DNA from: Eledone cirrhosa
Lineage: Eukaryota
Direction of reading: 5' to 3'
Assembly (NCBI GenBank): GCA_964016885.1
Contig: OZ024747.1
Coordinates: 32,426,001-32,490,000 of the forward strand
Length of the DNA stretch: 64,000 nucleotides
Part shown: in pieces, positions 29,860-45,420 of the stretch
Layout: each line of letters begins with the position of its first letter
Position numbering within the stretch: position 1 is the stretch's first letter
Made by a program: the position numbers and the translations under genes
Notes under the pieces: generated by a model
The model's input: the letters and a program-made list of their open reading frames with translations, nothing else
Told to the model about the DNA's origin: nothing
The model's database searches: none

Positions 29860-32700
29860 ACTTAACATAGTATTACTGTTGAAAATATATAGTACAGTAT
29901 TACTGTTGAAAACATATATTATAGTATTACTGTTAAAAATATATAGTATAGTATTACCATTGAAAATATATAGTATAGTACTACTGTTGAAAATATATAG
30001 TATAGTATAGTACTACAGTTGAAAATATATAGTATAGTATTACTGTTGAAAATATATAGTATAGTATTACTGTTGAAAATATATAGTACAATAATACTGT
30101 TGAAAATATATAGTACAGTATTACTGTTGAAAATATATAGTATAGTATTACTGTTCAAAATATATAGTATAGTATTACTGTTGGAAATATATAGTATAGT
30201 ATTACTGTTGGAAATATATAGTACATTATTACTGTTGAAAATATATAGTATTACTTTTGAAAAAATATAGTATAGTATTACTGTTGAAAATATATAGTAT
30301 AGTATAGTATTACTGTTGAAAATATATAGTATAGTATTATTGTTGAAAATATATAGTATAGTATTACTGTTGGAAATATATAGTACAGTATTACTGTTGG
30401 AAATATATAGTATTACTGTTGAAAAGATATAGTATAGTATTACTGTTGAAAATATATAGTATAGTATTACTGTTGAAAATATATAGTATAGTATTACTGT
30501 TGAAAATATATAGTATAGTATTACTGTTGAAAATATATAGTATAGTATTACTGTTGGAAATATATAGTATAGTATTACTGTTGAAAATATATAGTACAAT
30601 ATTACTGTTGAGAATATATAGTATAGTATTACTGTTGAAAATATATAGTAATGTATTACTGTTGAAAATATATAGTATAGTATTACTGTTGAAAATATAT
30701 AGTATAGTATAGTATTACTGTTGAAAATATATAGTATAGTATTACTCTTGGAAATATATAGTACAGTATTACTGTTGAAAATATATAGTATTACTGTTGA
30801 AAATATATAGTACAGTATTACTGTTGAAAATATATAGTATAGTATAGTATTACTGTTGAAAATATATAGTATAGTATTATTGTTGAAAATATATAGTATA
30901 GTATTATTGTTGGAAATATATAGTACAGTATTACTGTTGGAAATATATAGTATTGCTGTTGAAAAGATATAATATAGTATTACTGTTGAAAATATATAGT
31001 ATAGTATTACTGTTGGAAATATATATTATAGTATTACTGTTGGAAATATATAGTACAGTATTACTGTTGGAAATATATAGTACAGTATTACTGTTGAAAA
31101 TATATAGTATAGTATTACTGTTGGAAATATATAGTATATTATTACTGTTGAAAATATATAGTACAGTATTACTGTTCAAAATATATAGTATAGTATTACT
31201 GTTGAAAATATATAGTATAGTATAGTATCACTGTTGGAAATATATAGTACAGTATTACTGCTGAAAATATATAGTACAATATTACTGTTGAAAATATATA
31301 GTACAGTATTACTGTTGAAAATATATAGTATAGTATTACTGTTGAAAATATATAGTATAGTATTACTGGCGAAAACATAATATAGTATTACTGTTGAAAA
31401 TATATAGTACAGTATTACTGTTGAAAATATATAGTATAGTATTACTGTCGAAAACATAATATAGTATTACTGTTGAAAATATATAGTACAGTATTACTGT
31501 TGAAAACATATATTATAGTATTACTGTTAAAAATATATAGTATAGTATTACCATTGAAAATATATAGTATAGTACTACTGTTGAAAATATATAGTATAGT
31601 ATAGTACTACTGTTGAAAATATATAGTATAGTATTACTGTTGAAAATATATAGTATAGTATTACTGTTGAAAATATATAGTATAGTATTACTGTTGAAAA
31701 TATATAGTACAATATTACTGTTGAAAATATATAGTACAGTATTACTGTTGAAAATATATAGTATAGTTTTACTGTTGAAAATATATAGTATAGTATAGTA
31801 TCACTGTTGGAAATATATAGTACAGTATTACTGTTGAAAATATATAGTACTATATTACTGTTGAAAATATATAGTACAGTACTACTGTTGAAAATATATA
31901 GTATAGTATTACTGTTGAAAATATATAGTATAGTATAGTATAACTGTTCGAAATATATAGTACAGTATTACTGTTGAAAATATATAGTATAGTATTACTG
32001 TTGAAAATATATAGTATAGTATTACTGGCGAAAACTTAATATAGTATTACTGTTGAAAATATATAGTACAGTATTACTGTTGAAAATATATAGTATAGTA
32101 TTACTGCCGAAAACATAATATAGTATTACTGTTGAAAATATATAGTACAGTATTACTGTTGAAAACATATATTATAGTATTACTGTTAAAAATATATAGT
32201 ATAGTATTACCATTGAAAATATATAGTATAGTACTACTGTTGAAAATATATAGTATAGTATAGTACTACTGTTGAAAATATATAGTATAGTATTACTGTT
32301 GAAAATATATAGTATAGTATTACTGTTGAAAATATATAGTACAATAATACTGTTGAAAATATATAGTACAGTATTACTGTTGCAAATATATAGTATAGTA
32401 TTACTGTTCAAAATATATAGTATAGTATTACTGTTGGAAATATATAGTATAGTATTACTGTTGGAAATATATAGTACATTATTACTGTTGAAAATATATA
32501 GTATTACTTTTGAAAAAATATAGTATAGTATTACTGTTGAAAATATATAGTATAGTATAGTATTACTGTTGAAAATATATAGTATAGTATTATTGTTGAA
32601 AATATATAGTATAGTATTACTGTTGGAAATATATAGTACAGTATTACTGTTGGAAATATATAGTATTACTGTTGAAAAGATATAGTATAGTATTACTGTT
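29860..32700 (+). repeat. Duplicated ~0.6-kb block at offset 2253
   Basis: ORF pairs 30019/32272 and 30419/32672. Confidence 0.75.
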
Positions 32701-32949
32701 GAAAATATATAGTATAGTATTACTGTTGGAAATATATAGTATAGTATTACTGTTGGAAATATATAGTACAGTATTACTGTTGGAAATATATAGTACAGTA
32801 TTACTGTTGAAAATACAAAGTATAGTATTACTGTTGAAAATATATAGTATAGTATTACTGTTGAAAATATATAGTATAGTATAGTATAACTGTTGAAAAT
32901 ATATAGTATAGTATTACTGTTGAAAATATATAGTATAGTATTACTGTTG

Positions 32950-33650
32950 AAAATATATAGTATAGTATTACTGTTGAAAATATATAGTATAGTATAGTAT
33001 TACTGTTGAAAATATATAGTATAGTATTACACTTGGAAATATATAGTACAGTATTACTGTTGAAAATATATAGTATTACTGTTGAAAATATATAGTATAG
33101 TATTACTGTTGAAAATATATAGTATAGTATAGTATTACTGTTGAAAATATATAGTATAGTATTATTGTTGAAAATATATAGTATAGTATTACTGTTGGAA
33201 ATATATAGTACAGTATTACTGTTGGAAATATATAGTATTGCTGTTGAAAAGATATAGTATAGTATTACTGTTGAAAATATATAGTATAGTATTACTGTTG
33301 AAAATATATAGTATAGTATTACTGTTGAAAATATATAGTATAGTATAGTATTACTGTTGAAAATATATAGTATAGTATTACACTTGGAAATATATAGTAC
33401 AGTATTACTGTTGAAAATATATAGTATTACTGTTGAAAATATATAGTATAGTATTACTGTTGAAAATATATAGTATAGTATAGTATTACTGTTGAAAATA
33501 TATAGTATAGTATTATTGTTGAAAATATATAGTATAGTATTACTGTTGGAAATATATAGTACAGTATTACTGTTGGAAATATATAGTATTGCTGTTGAAA
33601 AGATATAGTATAGTATTACTGTTGAAAATATATAGTATAGTATTACTGTT
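32950..33650 (+). repeat. Tandem duplication of a 13-monomer unit, period 351 bp
   Basis: Rare ACACTTGG variant (ACTTGG at 33031 and 33382) with an identical series of downstream variants. Confidence 0.85.
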
Positions 33651-33739
33651 GGAAATATATATTATAGTATTACTGTTGGAAATATATAGTACAGTATTAC
33701 TGTTGGAAATATATAGTACAGTATTACTGTTGAAAATAT

Positions 33740-36700
33740 ATAGTATAGTATTACTGTTGGAAATATATAGTATATTATTACTGTTGAAAATATATAGTAT
33801 AGTATAGTATTACTGTTGAAAATATATAGTATAGTATTACTGTTGAAAATATATAGTATCGTATTACTGTTGGAAATATATAGTATAGTATTACTGTTGA
33901 AAATATATAGTATAATATTACTGTTGAATATATATAGTATAGTATTACTGTTGAAAATATATAGTACAATATTACTGTTGAAAATATATAGTATAGTATA
34001 GTATTACTGTTGAAAATATATAGTATAGTATTACTGTTGAAAATATATAGTATAGTATTACTGTTGAAAATATATAGTATTACTGTTGAAAATATATAGT
34101 ATAGTATTCTTGTTGAAAATATATAGTATAGTATTACTGTTAGAAATATATAGTACAGTATTACTGTTGGAAATATATATTACAGTATTACTGTTGAAAA
34201 TATATAGTATAGTATTACTGTGGAAAATATATAGTATAGTATTATTGTTGAAAATATATAGTATAGTATTACTGTTGTAAATATATAGTACAGTATTACT
34301 GATGGAAATATATAGTATTACTGTTGAAAAGATATAGTATAGCATTACTGTTGAAAATATATAGTATAGTATTACTGTCGAAAACATAATATAGTATTAC
34401 TGTTGAAAATATATAGTACAGTATTACTGTTGAAAACATATATTATAGTATTACTGTTAAAAAATATATAGTATAGTATTACCATTGAAAATATATAGTA
34501 TAGTACTACTGTTGAAAATATATAGTATAGTATAGTACTACTGTTGAAAATATATAGTATAGTATTACTGTTGAAAATATATAGTATAGTATTACTGTTG
34601 AAAATATATAGTATAGTATTACTGTTGAAAATATATAGTACAATATTACTGTTGAAAATATATAGTACAGTATTACTGTTGAAAATATATAGTATAGTAT
34701 TACTGTTGAAAATATATAGTATAGTATAGTATCACTGTTGGAAATATATAGTACAGTATTACTGTTGAAAATATATAGTACAATATTACTGTTGAAAATA
34801 TATAGTACAGTACTACTGTTGAAAATATATAGTATAGTATTACTGTTGAAAATATATAGTATAGTATAGTATAACTGTTCGAAATATATAGTACAGTATT
34901 ACTGTTGAAAATATATAGTATAGTATTACTGTTGAAAATATATAGTATAGTATTACTGTTGAAAATATATAGTATAGTATAGCATTACTGTTGGAAATAT
35001 ATAGTACAGTATTACTGTTGGAAATATATAGTATTACTGTTGAAAAGATATCGTCGAGTATTACTGTTGAAAATATATAGTATAGTATTACTATTGGAAT
35101 TATATAGTACAGTATTACTGTTGAAAATATATAGTATAGTATAGTATACGGTTGAAAATATATAGTACAGTATTACTGTTGAAAATATATAGTATAGTAT
35201 TACTGTTGAAAACATAGTATAGTATTACTGTTGGAAATATACAGTATAGTATTACTGTTGAAAATATATGGTATAGTATTACTGTTGAAAATATATAGTA
35301 TAGTATTACAGTTGAAAATATATAGTACAGTATTACTGTTGAAAATATATAGTATAGTATTACTGTCGAAAACATAATATAGTATTACTGTTGAAAATAT
35401 ATAGTACAGTATTACTGTTGAAAACATATATTATAGTATTACTGTTAAAAATATATAGTATAGTATTACCATTGAAAATATATAGTATAGTACTACTGTT
35501 GAAAATATATAGTATAGTATAGTACTACTGTTGAAAATATATAGTATAGTATTACTGTTGAAAATATATAGTATATTATTACTGTTGAAAATATATAGTA
35601 TAGTATTATTGTTGAAAATATATAGTATAGTATTACTGTTGGAAATATATAGTACAGTATTACTGTTGGAAATATATAGTATTGCTGTTGAAAAGATATA
35701 GTATAGTATTACTGTTGGAAATATATATTATAGTATTACTGTTGGAAATATATAGTACAGTATTACTGTTGGAAATATATAGTACAGTATTACTGTTGAA
35801 AATATATAGTATAGTATTACTGTTGGAAATATATAGTATATTATTACTGTTGAAAATATATAGTATAGTATAGTATTACTGTTGAAAATATATAGTATAG
35901 TATTACTGTTGAAAATATATAGTATCGTATTACTGTTGGAAATATATAGTATAGTATTACTGTTGAAAATATATAGTACAATATTACTGTTGAAAATATA
36001 TAGTATAGTATAGTATTACTGTTGAAAATATATAGTATAGTATTACTGTTGAAAATATATAGTATAGTATAGTATTACTGTTGAAAATATATAGTATAGT
36101 ATTCTTGTTGAAAATATATAGTATAGTATTACTGTTAGAAATATATAGTACAGTATTACTGTTGGAAATATATATTACAGTATTACTGTTGAAAATATAT
36201 AGTATAGTATTACTGTTGAAAATATATAGTACAGTATTACTGTTGAAAACATATATTATAGTATTACTGTTAAAAATATATAGTATAGTATTACCATTGA
36301 AAATATATAGTATAGTACTACTGTTGAAAATATATAGTATAGTATAGTACTACTGTTGAAAATATATAGTATAGTATTACTGTTGAAAATATATAGTATA
36401 TTATTACTGTTGAAAATATATAGTATAGTATTATTGTTGAAAATATATAGTATAGTATTACTGTTGGAAATATATAGTACAGTATTACTGTTGGAAATAT
36501 ATAGTATTGCTGTTGAAAAGATATAGTATAGTATTACTGTTGAAAATATATAGTATAGTATTACTGTTGGAAATATATATTATAGTATTACTGTTGGAAA
36601 TATATAGTACAGTATTACTGTTGGAAATATATAGTACAGTATTACTGTTGAAAATATATAGTATAGTATTACTGTTGGAAATATATAGTATATTATTACT

Positions 36701-39700
36701 GTTGAAAATATATAGTATAGTATAGTATTACTGTTGAAAATACATAGTATAGTATTACTGTTGAAAATATATAGTATCGTATTACTGTTGGAAATATATA
36801 GTATAGTATTACTGTTGAAAATATATAGTACAATATTACTGTTGAAAATATATAGTATAGTATTACTGTTGAAAATATATAGTATAGTATTACTGTTGAA
36901 AATATATAGTATTACTGTTGAAAATATATAGTATAGTATTACTGTTGAAAGTATATAGTATAGTATAGTATTACTGTTGAAAATATATAGTATAGTATTC
37001 TTGTTGAAAATATATAGTATAGTATTACTGTTAGAAATATATAGTACAGTATTACTGTTGGAAATATATATTACAGTATTACTGTTGAAAATATATAGTA
37101 TAGTATTACTGTTGAAAATATATAGTATAGTATTATTGTTGAAAATATATAGTATAGTATTACTGTTGGAAATATATAGTACAGTATTACTGTTGGAAAT
37201 ATATAGTATTACTGTTGAAAAGATATAGTATAGCATTACTGTTGAAAATATATAGTATAGTATTACTGTTGAAAATATATAGTACAGTATTACTGTTGAA
37301 AACATATAGTATTACTGTAAAAAATATATAGTATAGTATTACTGTTGAAAATATATAGTATAGTACTACTGTTGAAAATATATAGTATAGTACTACAGTT
37401 GAAAATATATAGTATATTATTACTGTTGAAAATATATAGTATAGTATTACTGTTGAAAATATATAGTACAGTATTACTGTTGAAAATATATAGTACAGTA
37501 TTACTGTTCAAAATATATAGTATAGTATTACTGTTGAAAATATATAGTATAGTATAGTATCACTGTTGGAAATACATAGTACAGTATTACTGCTGAAAAT
37601 ATATAGTACAATATTACTGTTGAAAATATATAGTACAGTATTACTGTTGAAAATATATAGTATAGTATTACTGTTGAAAATATATAGTATAGTATTACTG
37701 GCGAAAATATAATATAGTATTACTGTTGAAAATATATAGTACAGTATTACTGTTGAAAATATATAGTATAGTATTACTGTTGAAAATATATAGTATAGTA
37801 TTACTGTTGAAAATATATAGTATAGTATAGTATTACTGTTGGAAATATATAGTACAGTATTACTGTTGGAAATATATATTATAGTATTACTGTTAAAAAT
37901 ATATAGTATAGTATTACCATTGAAAATATATAGTATAGTACTACTGTTGAAAATATATAGTATAGTATAGTACTACTGTTGAAAATATATAGTATAGTAT
38001 TACTGTTGAAAATATATAGTATAGTATTACTGTTGAAAATATATAGTATAGTATTACTGTTGAAAATATATAGTACAATATTACTGTTGAAAATATATAG
38101 TACAGTATTACTGTTGAAAATATATAGTATAGTATTACTGTTGAAAATATATAGTATAGTATAGTATCACTGTTGGAAATATATAGTACAGTATTACTGT
38201 TGAAAATATATAGTACAATATTACTGTTGAAAATATATAGTACAGTACTACTGTTGAAAATATATAGTATAGTATTACTGTTGAAAATATATAGTATAGT
38301 ATAGTATAACTGTTCGAAATATATAGTACAGTATTACTGTTGAAAATATATAGTATAGTATTACTGTTGAAAATATATAGTATAGTATTACTGTTGAAAA
38401 TATATAGTATAGTATAGTATTACTGTTGGAAATATATAGTACAGTATTACTGTTGGAAATATATAGTATTACTGTTGAAAAGATATCGTCGAGTATTACT
38501 GTTGAAAATATACAGTATAGTATTACTGTTGAAAATATATAGTACAGTATTACTGTTGAAAATATATAGTACAATATTACTGTTGAAAATATATAGTACA
38601 GTATTACTGTTAAAAATATATGGTATAGTATTACTGTTGAAAACATAGTATAGTATTACTGTCCAAAACATAATATAGTATTACTGTTGAAAATATATAG
38701 TACAGTATTACTGTTGGAAATATATATTATTGCTGTTGAAAAGATATAATATATTATTACTGCTGAAAATATATAGTATAGTATTACTGTTGAAAATATA
38801 TAGTATAGTATTACTGTTGGAAATATATAGTATAGTATTACTGTTGGAAATATATAGTATAGTATTACTGTTGGAAATATATAGTACAGTATTACTGTTG
38901 AAAATATATAGTATTAATTTTGAAAAAATATAGTATAGTATTACTGTTGAAAATATATAGTATAGTATTACTGTTGAAAATATATAGTATAGTATTATTG
39001 TTGAAAATATATAGTATAGTATTACTGTTGGAAATATATAGTACAGTATTACTGTTGGAAATATATAGTATTACTGTTGAAAAGATATAGTATAGTATTA
39101 CTGTTGAAAATATATAGTATAGTATTACTGTTGGAAATATATAGTATGGTATTACTGTTGGAAATATATAGTACAGTATTACTGTTGGAAATATATAGTA
39201 CAGTATTACTGTTGAAAATATATAGTATAGTATTACTGTTGAAAATATATAGTATAGTATTACTGTTGAAAATATATAGTATAGTATATTATTACTGTTG
39301 AAAATATATAGTATAGTATTACAGTTGAAAATATATAGTATAGTATTACTGTTGGAAATATATAGTACAGTATTACTGTTGGAAATATATAGTACAGTAT
39401 TACTGTTGAAAATATATAGTATAGTATTACTGTTGGAAATATATAGTATATTATTACTGTTGAAAATATATAGTATAGTATAGTATTACTGTTGAAAATA
39501 TATAGTATAGTATTACTGTTGAAAATATATAGTATCGTATTACTGTTGGAAATATATAGTATAGTATTACTGTTGAAAATATATAGTATAGTATAGTATT
39601 ACTGTTGAAAATATATAGTATAGTATTACACTTGGAAATATATAGTACAGTATTACTGTTGAAAATATATAGTATTACTGTTGAAAATATATAGTATAGT

Positions 39701-42700
39701 ATTACTGTTGGAAATATATAGTATATTATTACTGTTGAAAATATATAGTATAGTATAGTATTACTGTTGAAAATATATAGTATAGTATTACTGTTGAAAA
39801 TATATAGTATCGTATTACTGTTGGAAATATATAGTATATTATTACTGTTGAAAATATATAGTATAGTATAGTATTACTGTTGAAAATATATAGTATAGTA
39901 TTACTGTTGAAAATATATAGTATCGTATTACTGTTGGAAATATATAGTATAGTATTACTGTTGAAAATATATAGTATAATATTACTGTTGAATATATATA
40001 GTATAGTATTACTGTTGAAAATATATAGTACAATATTACTGTTGAAAATATATAGTATAGTATAGTATTACTGTTGAAAATATATAGTATAGTATTACTA
40101 TTGAAAATATATAGTATAGTATTACTGTTGAAAATATATAGTATTACTGTTGAAAATATATAGTATAGTATTACTGTTGAAAATATATAGTATAGTATAG
40201 TATTACTGTTGAAAATATATAGTATAGTATTCTTGTTGAAAATATATAGTATAGTATTACTGTTAGAAATATATAGTACAGTATTACTGTTGGAAATATA
40301 TATTACAGTATTACTGTTGAAAATATATAGTATAGTATTACTGTGGAAAATATATAGTATAGTATTATTGTTGAAAATATATAGTATAGTATTACTGTTG
40401 TAAATATATAGTACAGTATTACTGATGGAAATATATAGTATTACTGTTGAAAAGATATAGTATAGCATTACTGTTGAAAATATATAGTATAGTATTACTG
40501 TCGAAAACATAATATAGTATTACTGTTGAAAATATATAGTACAGTATTACTGTTGAAAACATATATTATAGTATTACTGTTAAAAAATATATAGTATAGT
40601 ATTACCATTGAAAATATATAGTATAGTACTACTGTTGAAAATATATAGTATAGTATAGTACTACTGTTGAAAATATATAGTATAGTATTACTGTTGAAAA
40701 TATATAGTATAGTATTACTGTTGAAAATATATAGTATAGTATTACTGTTGAAAATATATAGTACAATATTACTGTTGAAAAGATATAGTACAGTATTACT
40801 GTTGAAAATATATAGTATAGTATTACTGTTGAAAATATATAGTATAGTATAGTATAACTGTTCGAAATATATAGTACAGTATTACTGTTGAAAATATATA
40901 GTATAGTATTACTGTTGAAAATATATAGTATAGTATTACTGTTGAAAATATATAGTATAGTATAGCATTACTGTTGGAAATATATAGTACAGTATTACTG
41001 TTGGAAATATATAGTATTACTGTTGAAAAGATATCGTCGAGTATTACTGTTGAAAATATATAGTATAGTATTACTATTGGAATTATATAGTACAGTATTA
41101 CTGTTGAAAATATATAGTATAGTATAGTATACGGTTGAAAATATATAGTACAGTATTACTGTTGAAAATATATAGTATAGTATTACTGTTGAAAACATAG
41201 TATAGTATTACTGTTGGAAATATACAGTATAGTATTACTGTTGAAAATATATGGTATAGTATTACTGTTGAAAATATATAGTATAGTATTACAGTTGAAA
41301 ATATATAGTACAGTATTACTGTTGAAAATATATAGTATAGTATTACTGTCGAAAACGTAATATAGTATTACTGTTGAAAATATATAGTACAGTATTACTG
41401 TTGAAAACATATATTATAGTATTACTGTTAAAAATATATAGTATAGTATTACCATTGAAAATATATAGTATAGTACTACTGTTGAAAATATATAGTATAG
41501 TATAGTACTACTGTTGAAAATATATAGTATAGTATTACTGTTGAAAATATATAGTATATTATTACTGTTGAAAATATATAGTATAGTATTATTGTTGAAA
41601 ATATATAGTATAGTATTACTGTTGGAAATATATAGTACAGTATTACTGTTGGAAATATATAGTATTGCTGTTGAAAAGATATAGTATAGTATTACTGTTG
41701 GAAATATATATTATAGTATTACTGTTGGAAATATATAGTACAGTATTACTGTTGGAAATATATAGTACAGTATTACTGTTGAAAATATATAGTATAGTAT
41801 TACTGTTGGAAATATATAGTATATTATTACTGTTGAAAATATATAGTATAGTATAGTATTACTGTTGAAAATATATAGTATAGTATTACTGTTGAAAATA
41901 TATAGTATCGTATTACTGTTGGAAATATATAGTATAGTATTACTGTTGAAAATATATAGTACAATATTACTGTTGAAAATATATAGTATAGTATAGTATT
42001 ACTGTTGAAAATATATAGTATAGTATTACTGTTGAAAATATATAGTATAGTATAGTATTACTGTTGAAAATATATAGTATAGTATTCTTGTTGAAAATAT
42101 ATAGTATAGTATTACTGTTAGAAATATATAGTACAGTATTACTGTTGGAAATATATATTACAGTATTACTGTTGAAAATATATAGTATAGTATTACTGTT
42201 GAAAATATATAGTACAGTATTACTGTTGAAAACATATATTATAGTATTACTGTTAAAAATATATAGTATAGTATTACCATTGAAAATATATAGTATAGTA
42301 CTACTGTTGAAAATATATAGTATAGTATAGTACTACTGTTGAAAATATATAGTATAGTATTACTGTTGAAAATATATAGTATATTATTACTGTTGAAAAT
42401 ATATAGTATAGTATTATTGTTGAAAATATATAGTATAGTATTACTGTTGGAAATATATAGTACAGTATTACTGTTGGAAATATATAGTATTGCTGTTGAA
42501 AAGATATAGTATAGTATTACTGTTGAAAATATATAGTATAGTATTACTGTTGGAAATATTGTATTATAGTATTACTGTTGGAAATATATAGTACAGTATT
42601 ACTGTTGGAAATATATAGTACAGTATTACTGTTGAAAATATATAGTATAGTATTACTGTTGGAAATATATAGTATATTATTACTGTTGAAAATATATAGT

Positions 42701-45420
42701 ATAGTATAGTATTACTGTTGAAAATACATAGTATAGTATTACTGTTGAAAATATATAGTATCGTATTACTGTTGGAAATATATAGTATAGTATTACTGTT
42801 GAAAATATATAGTACAATATTACTGTTGAAAATATATAGTATAGTATTACTGTTGAAAATATATAGTATAGTATTACTGTTGAAAATATATAGTATTACT
42901 GTTGAAAATATATAGTATAGTATTACTGTTGAAAGTATATAGTATAGTATAGTATTACTGTTGAAAATATATAGTATAGTATTCTTGTTGAAAATATATA
43001 GTATAGTATTACTGTTAGAAATATATAGTACAGTATTACTGTTGGAAATATATATTACAGTATTACTGTTGAAAATATATAGTATAGTATTACTGTTGAA
43101 AATATATAGTATAGTATTATTGTTGAAAATATATAGTATAGTATTACTGTTGGAAATATATAGTACAGTATTACTGTTGGAAATATATAGTATTACTGTT
43201 GAAAAGATATAGTATAGCATTACTGTTGAAAATATATAGTATAGTATTACTGTTGAAAATATATAGTACAGTATTACTGTTGAAAACATATAGTATTACT
43301 GTAAAAAATATATAGTATAGTATTACTGTTGAAAATATATAGTATAGTACTACTGTTGAAAATATATAGTATAGTACTACAGTTGAAAATATATAGTATA
43401 TTATTACTGTTGAAAATATATAGTATAGTATTACTGTTGAAAATATATAGTACAGTATTACTGTTGAAAATATATAGTACAGTATTACTGTTCAAAATAT
43501 ATAGTATAGTATTACTGTTGAAAATATATAGTATAGTATAGTATCACTGTTGGAAATATATAGTACAGTATTACTGCTGAAAATATATAGTACAATATTA
43601 CTGTTGAAAATATATAGTACAGTATTACTGTTGAAAATATATAGTATAGTATTACTGTTGAAAATATATAGTATAGTATTACTGGCGAAAATATAATATA
43701 GTATTACTGTTGAAAATATATAGTACAGTATTACTGTTGAAAATATATAGTATAGTATTACTGTTGAAAATATATAGTATAGTATTACTGTTGAAAATAT
43801 ATAGTATAGTATAGTATTACTGTTGGAAATATATAGTACAGTATTACTGTTGGAAATATATATTATAGTATTACTGTTAAAAATATATAGTATAGTATTA
43901 CCATTGAAAATATATAGTATAGTACTACTGTTGAAAATATATAGTATAGTATAGTACTACTGTTGAAAATATATAGTATAGTATTACTGTTGAAAATATA
44001 TAGTATAGTATTACTGTTGAAAATATATAGTATAGTATTACTGTTGAAAATATATAGTACAATATTACTGTTGAAAATATATAGTACAGTACTACTGTTG
44101 AAAATATATAGTATAGTATTACTGTTGAAAATATATAGTATAGTATAGTATAACTGTTCGAAATATATAGTACAGTATTACTGTTGAAAATATATAGTAT
44201 AGTATTACTGTTGAAAATATATAGTATAGTATTACTGTTGAAAATATATAGTATAGTATAGTATTACTGTTGGAAATATATAGTACAGTATTACTGTTGG
44301 AAATATATAGTATTACTGTTGAAAAGATATCGTCGAGTATTACTGTTGAAAATATACAGTATAGTATTACTGTTGAAAATATATAGTACAGTATTACTGT
44401 TGAAAATATATAGTACAATATTACTGTTGAAAATATATAGTACAGTATTACTGTTAAAAATATATGGTATAGTATTACTGTTGAAAACATAGTATAGTAT
44501 TACTGTCCAAAACATAATATAGTATTACTGTTGAAAATATATAGTACAGTATTACTGTTGGAAATATATATTATTGCTGTTGAAAAGATATAGTATATTA
44601 TTACTGCTGAAAATATATAGTATAGTATTACTGTTGAAAATATATAGTATAGTATTACTGTTGGAAATATATAGTATAGTATTACTGTTGGAAATATATA
44701 GTATAGTATTACTGTTGGAAATATATAGTACAGTATTACTGTTGAAAATATATAGTATTAATTTTGAAAAAATATAGTATAGTATTACTGTTGAAAATAT
44801 ATAGTATAGTATTACTGTTGAAAATATATAGTATAGTATTATTGTTGAAAATATATAGTATAGTATTACTGTTGGAAATATATAGTACAGTATTACTGTT
44901 GGAAATATATAGTATTACTGTTGAAAAGATATAGTATAGTATTACTGTTGAAAATATATAGTATAGTATTACTGTTGGAAATATATAGTATGGTATTACT
45001 GTTGGAAATATATAGTACAGTATTACTGTTGGAAATATATAGTACAGTATTACTGTTGAAAATATATAGTATAGTATTACTGTTGAAAATATATAGTATA
45101 GTATTACTGTTGAAAATATATAGTATAGTATATTATTACTGTTGAAAATATATTGTATAGTATTACAGTTGAAAATATATAGTATAGTATTACTGTTGGA
45201 AATATATAGTACAGTATTACTGTTGGAAATATATAGTACAGTATTACTGTTGAAAATATATAGTATAGTATTACTGTTGGAAATATATAGTATATTATTA
45301 CTGTTGAAAATATATAGTATAGTATAGTATTACTGTTGAAAATATATAGTATAGTATTACTGTTGAAAATATATAGTATCGTATTACTGTTGGAAATATA
45401 TAGTATAGTATTACTGTTGA
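33740..45420 (+). repeat. Two tandem copies of a ~6-kb higher-order unit (offsets 6064/6123/5983/5984/5844)
   Basis: ORF pairs 33816/39880, 34086/40209, 35012/40995, 36081/42064, 36580/42564, 38275/44119 and 39298/45142. Confidence 0.9.

Noticed and set aside
42551-42570. Private TGGAAATATTGTATTATAG variant (+1 bp relative to paralogs at about 36568 and 46098)
   Set aside because: It is a singleton absent from both paralogous copies and cannot be told apart from a sequencing or consensus error.
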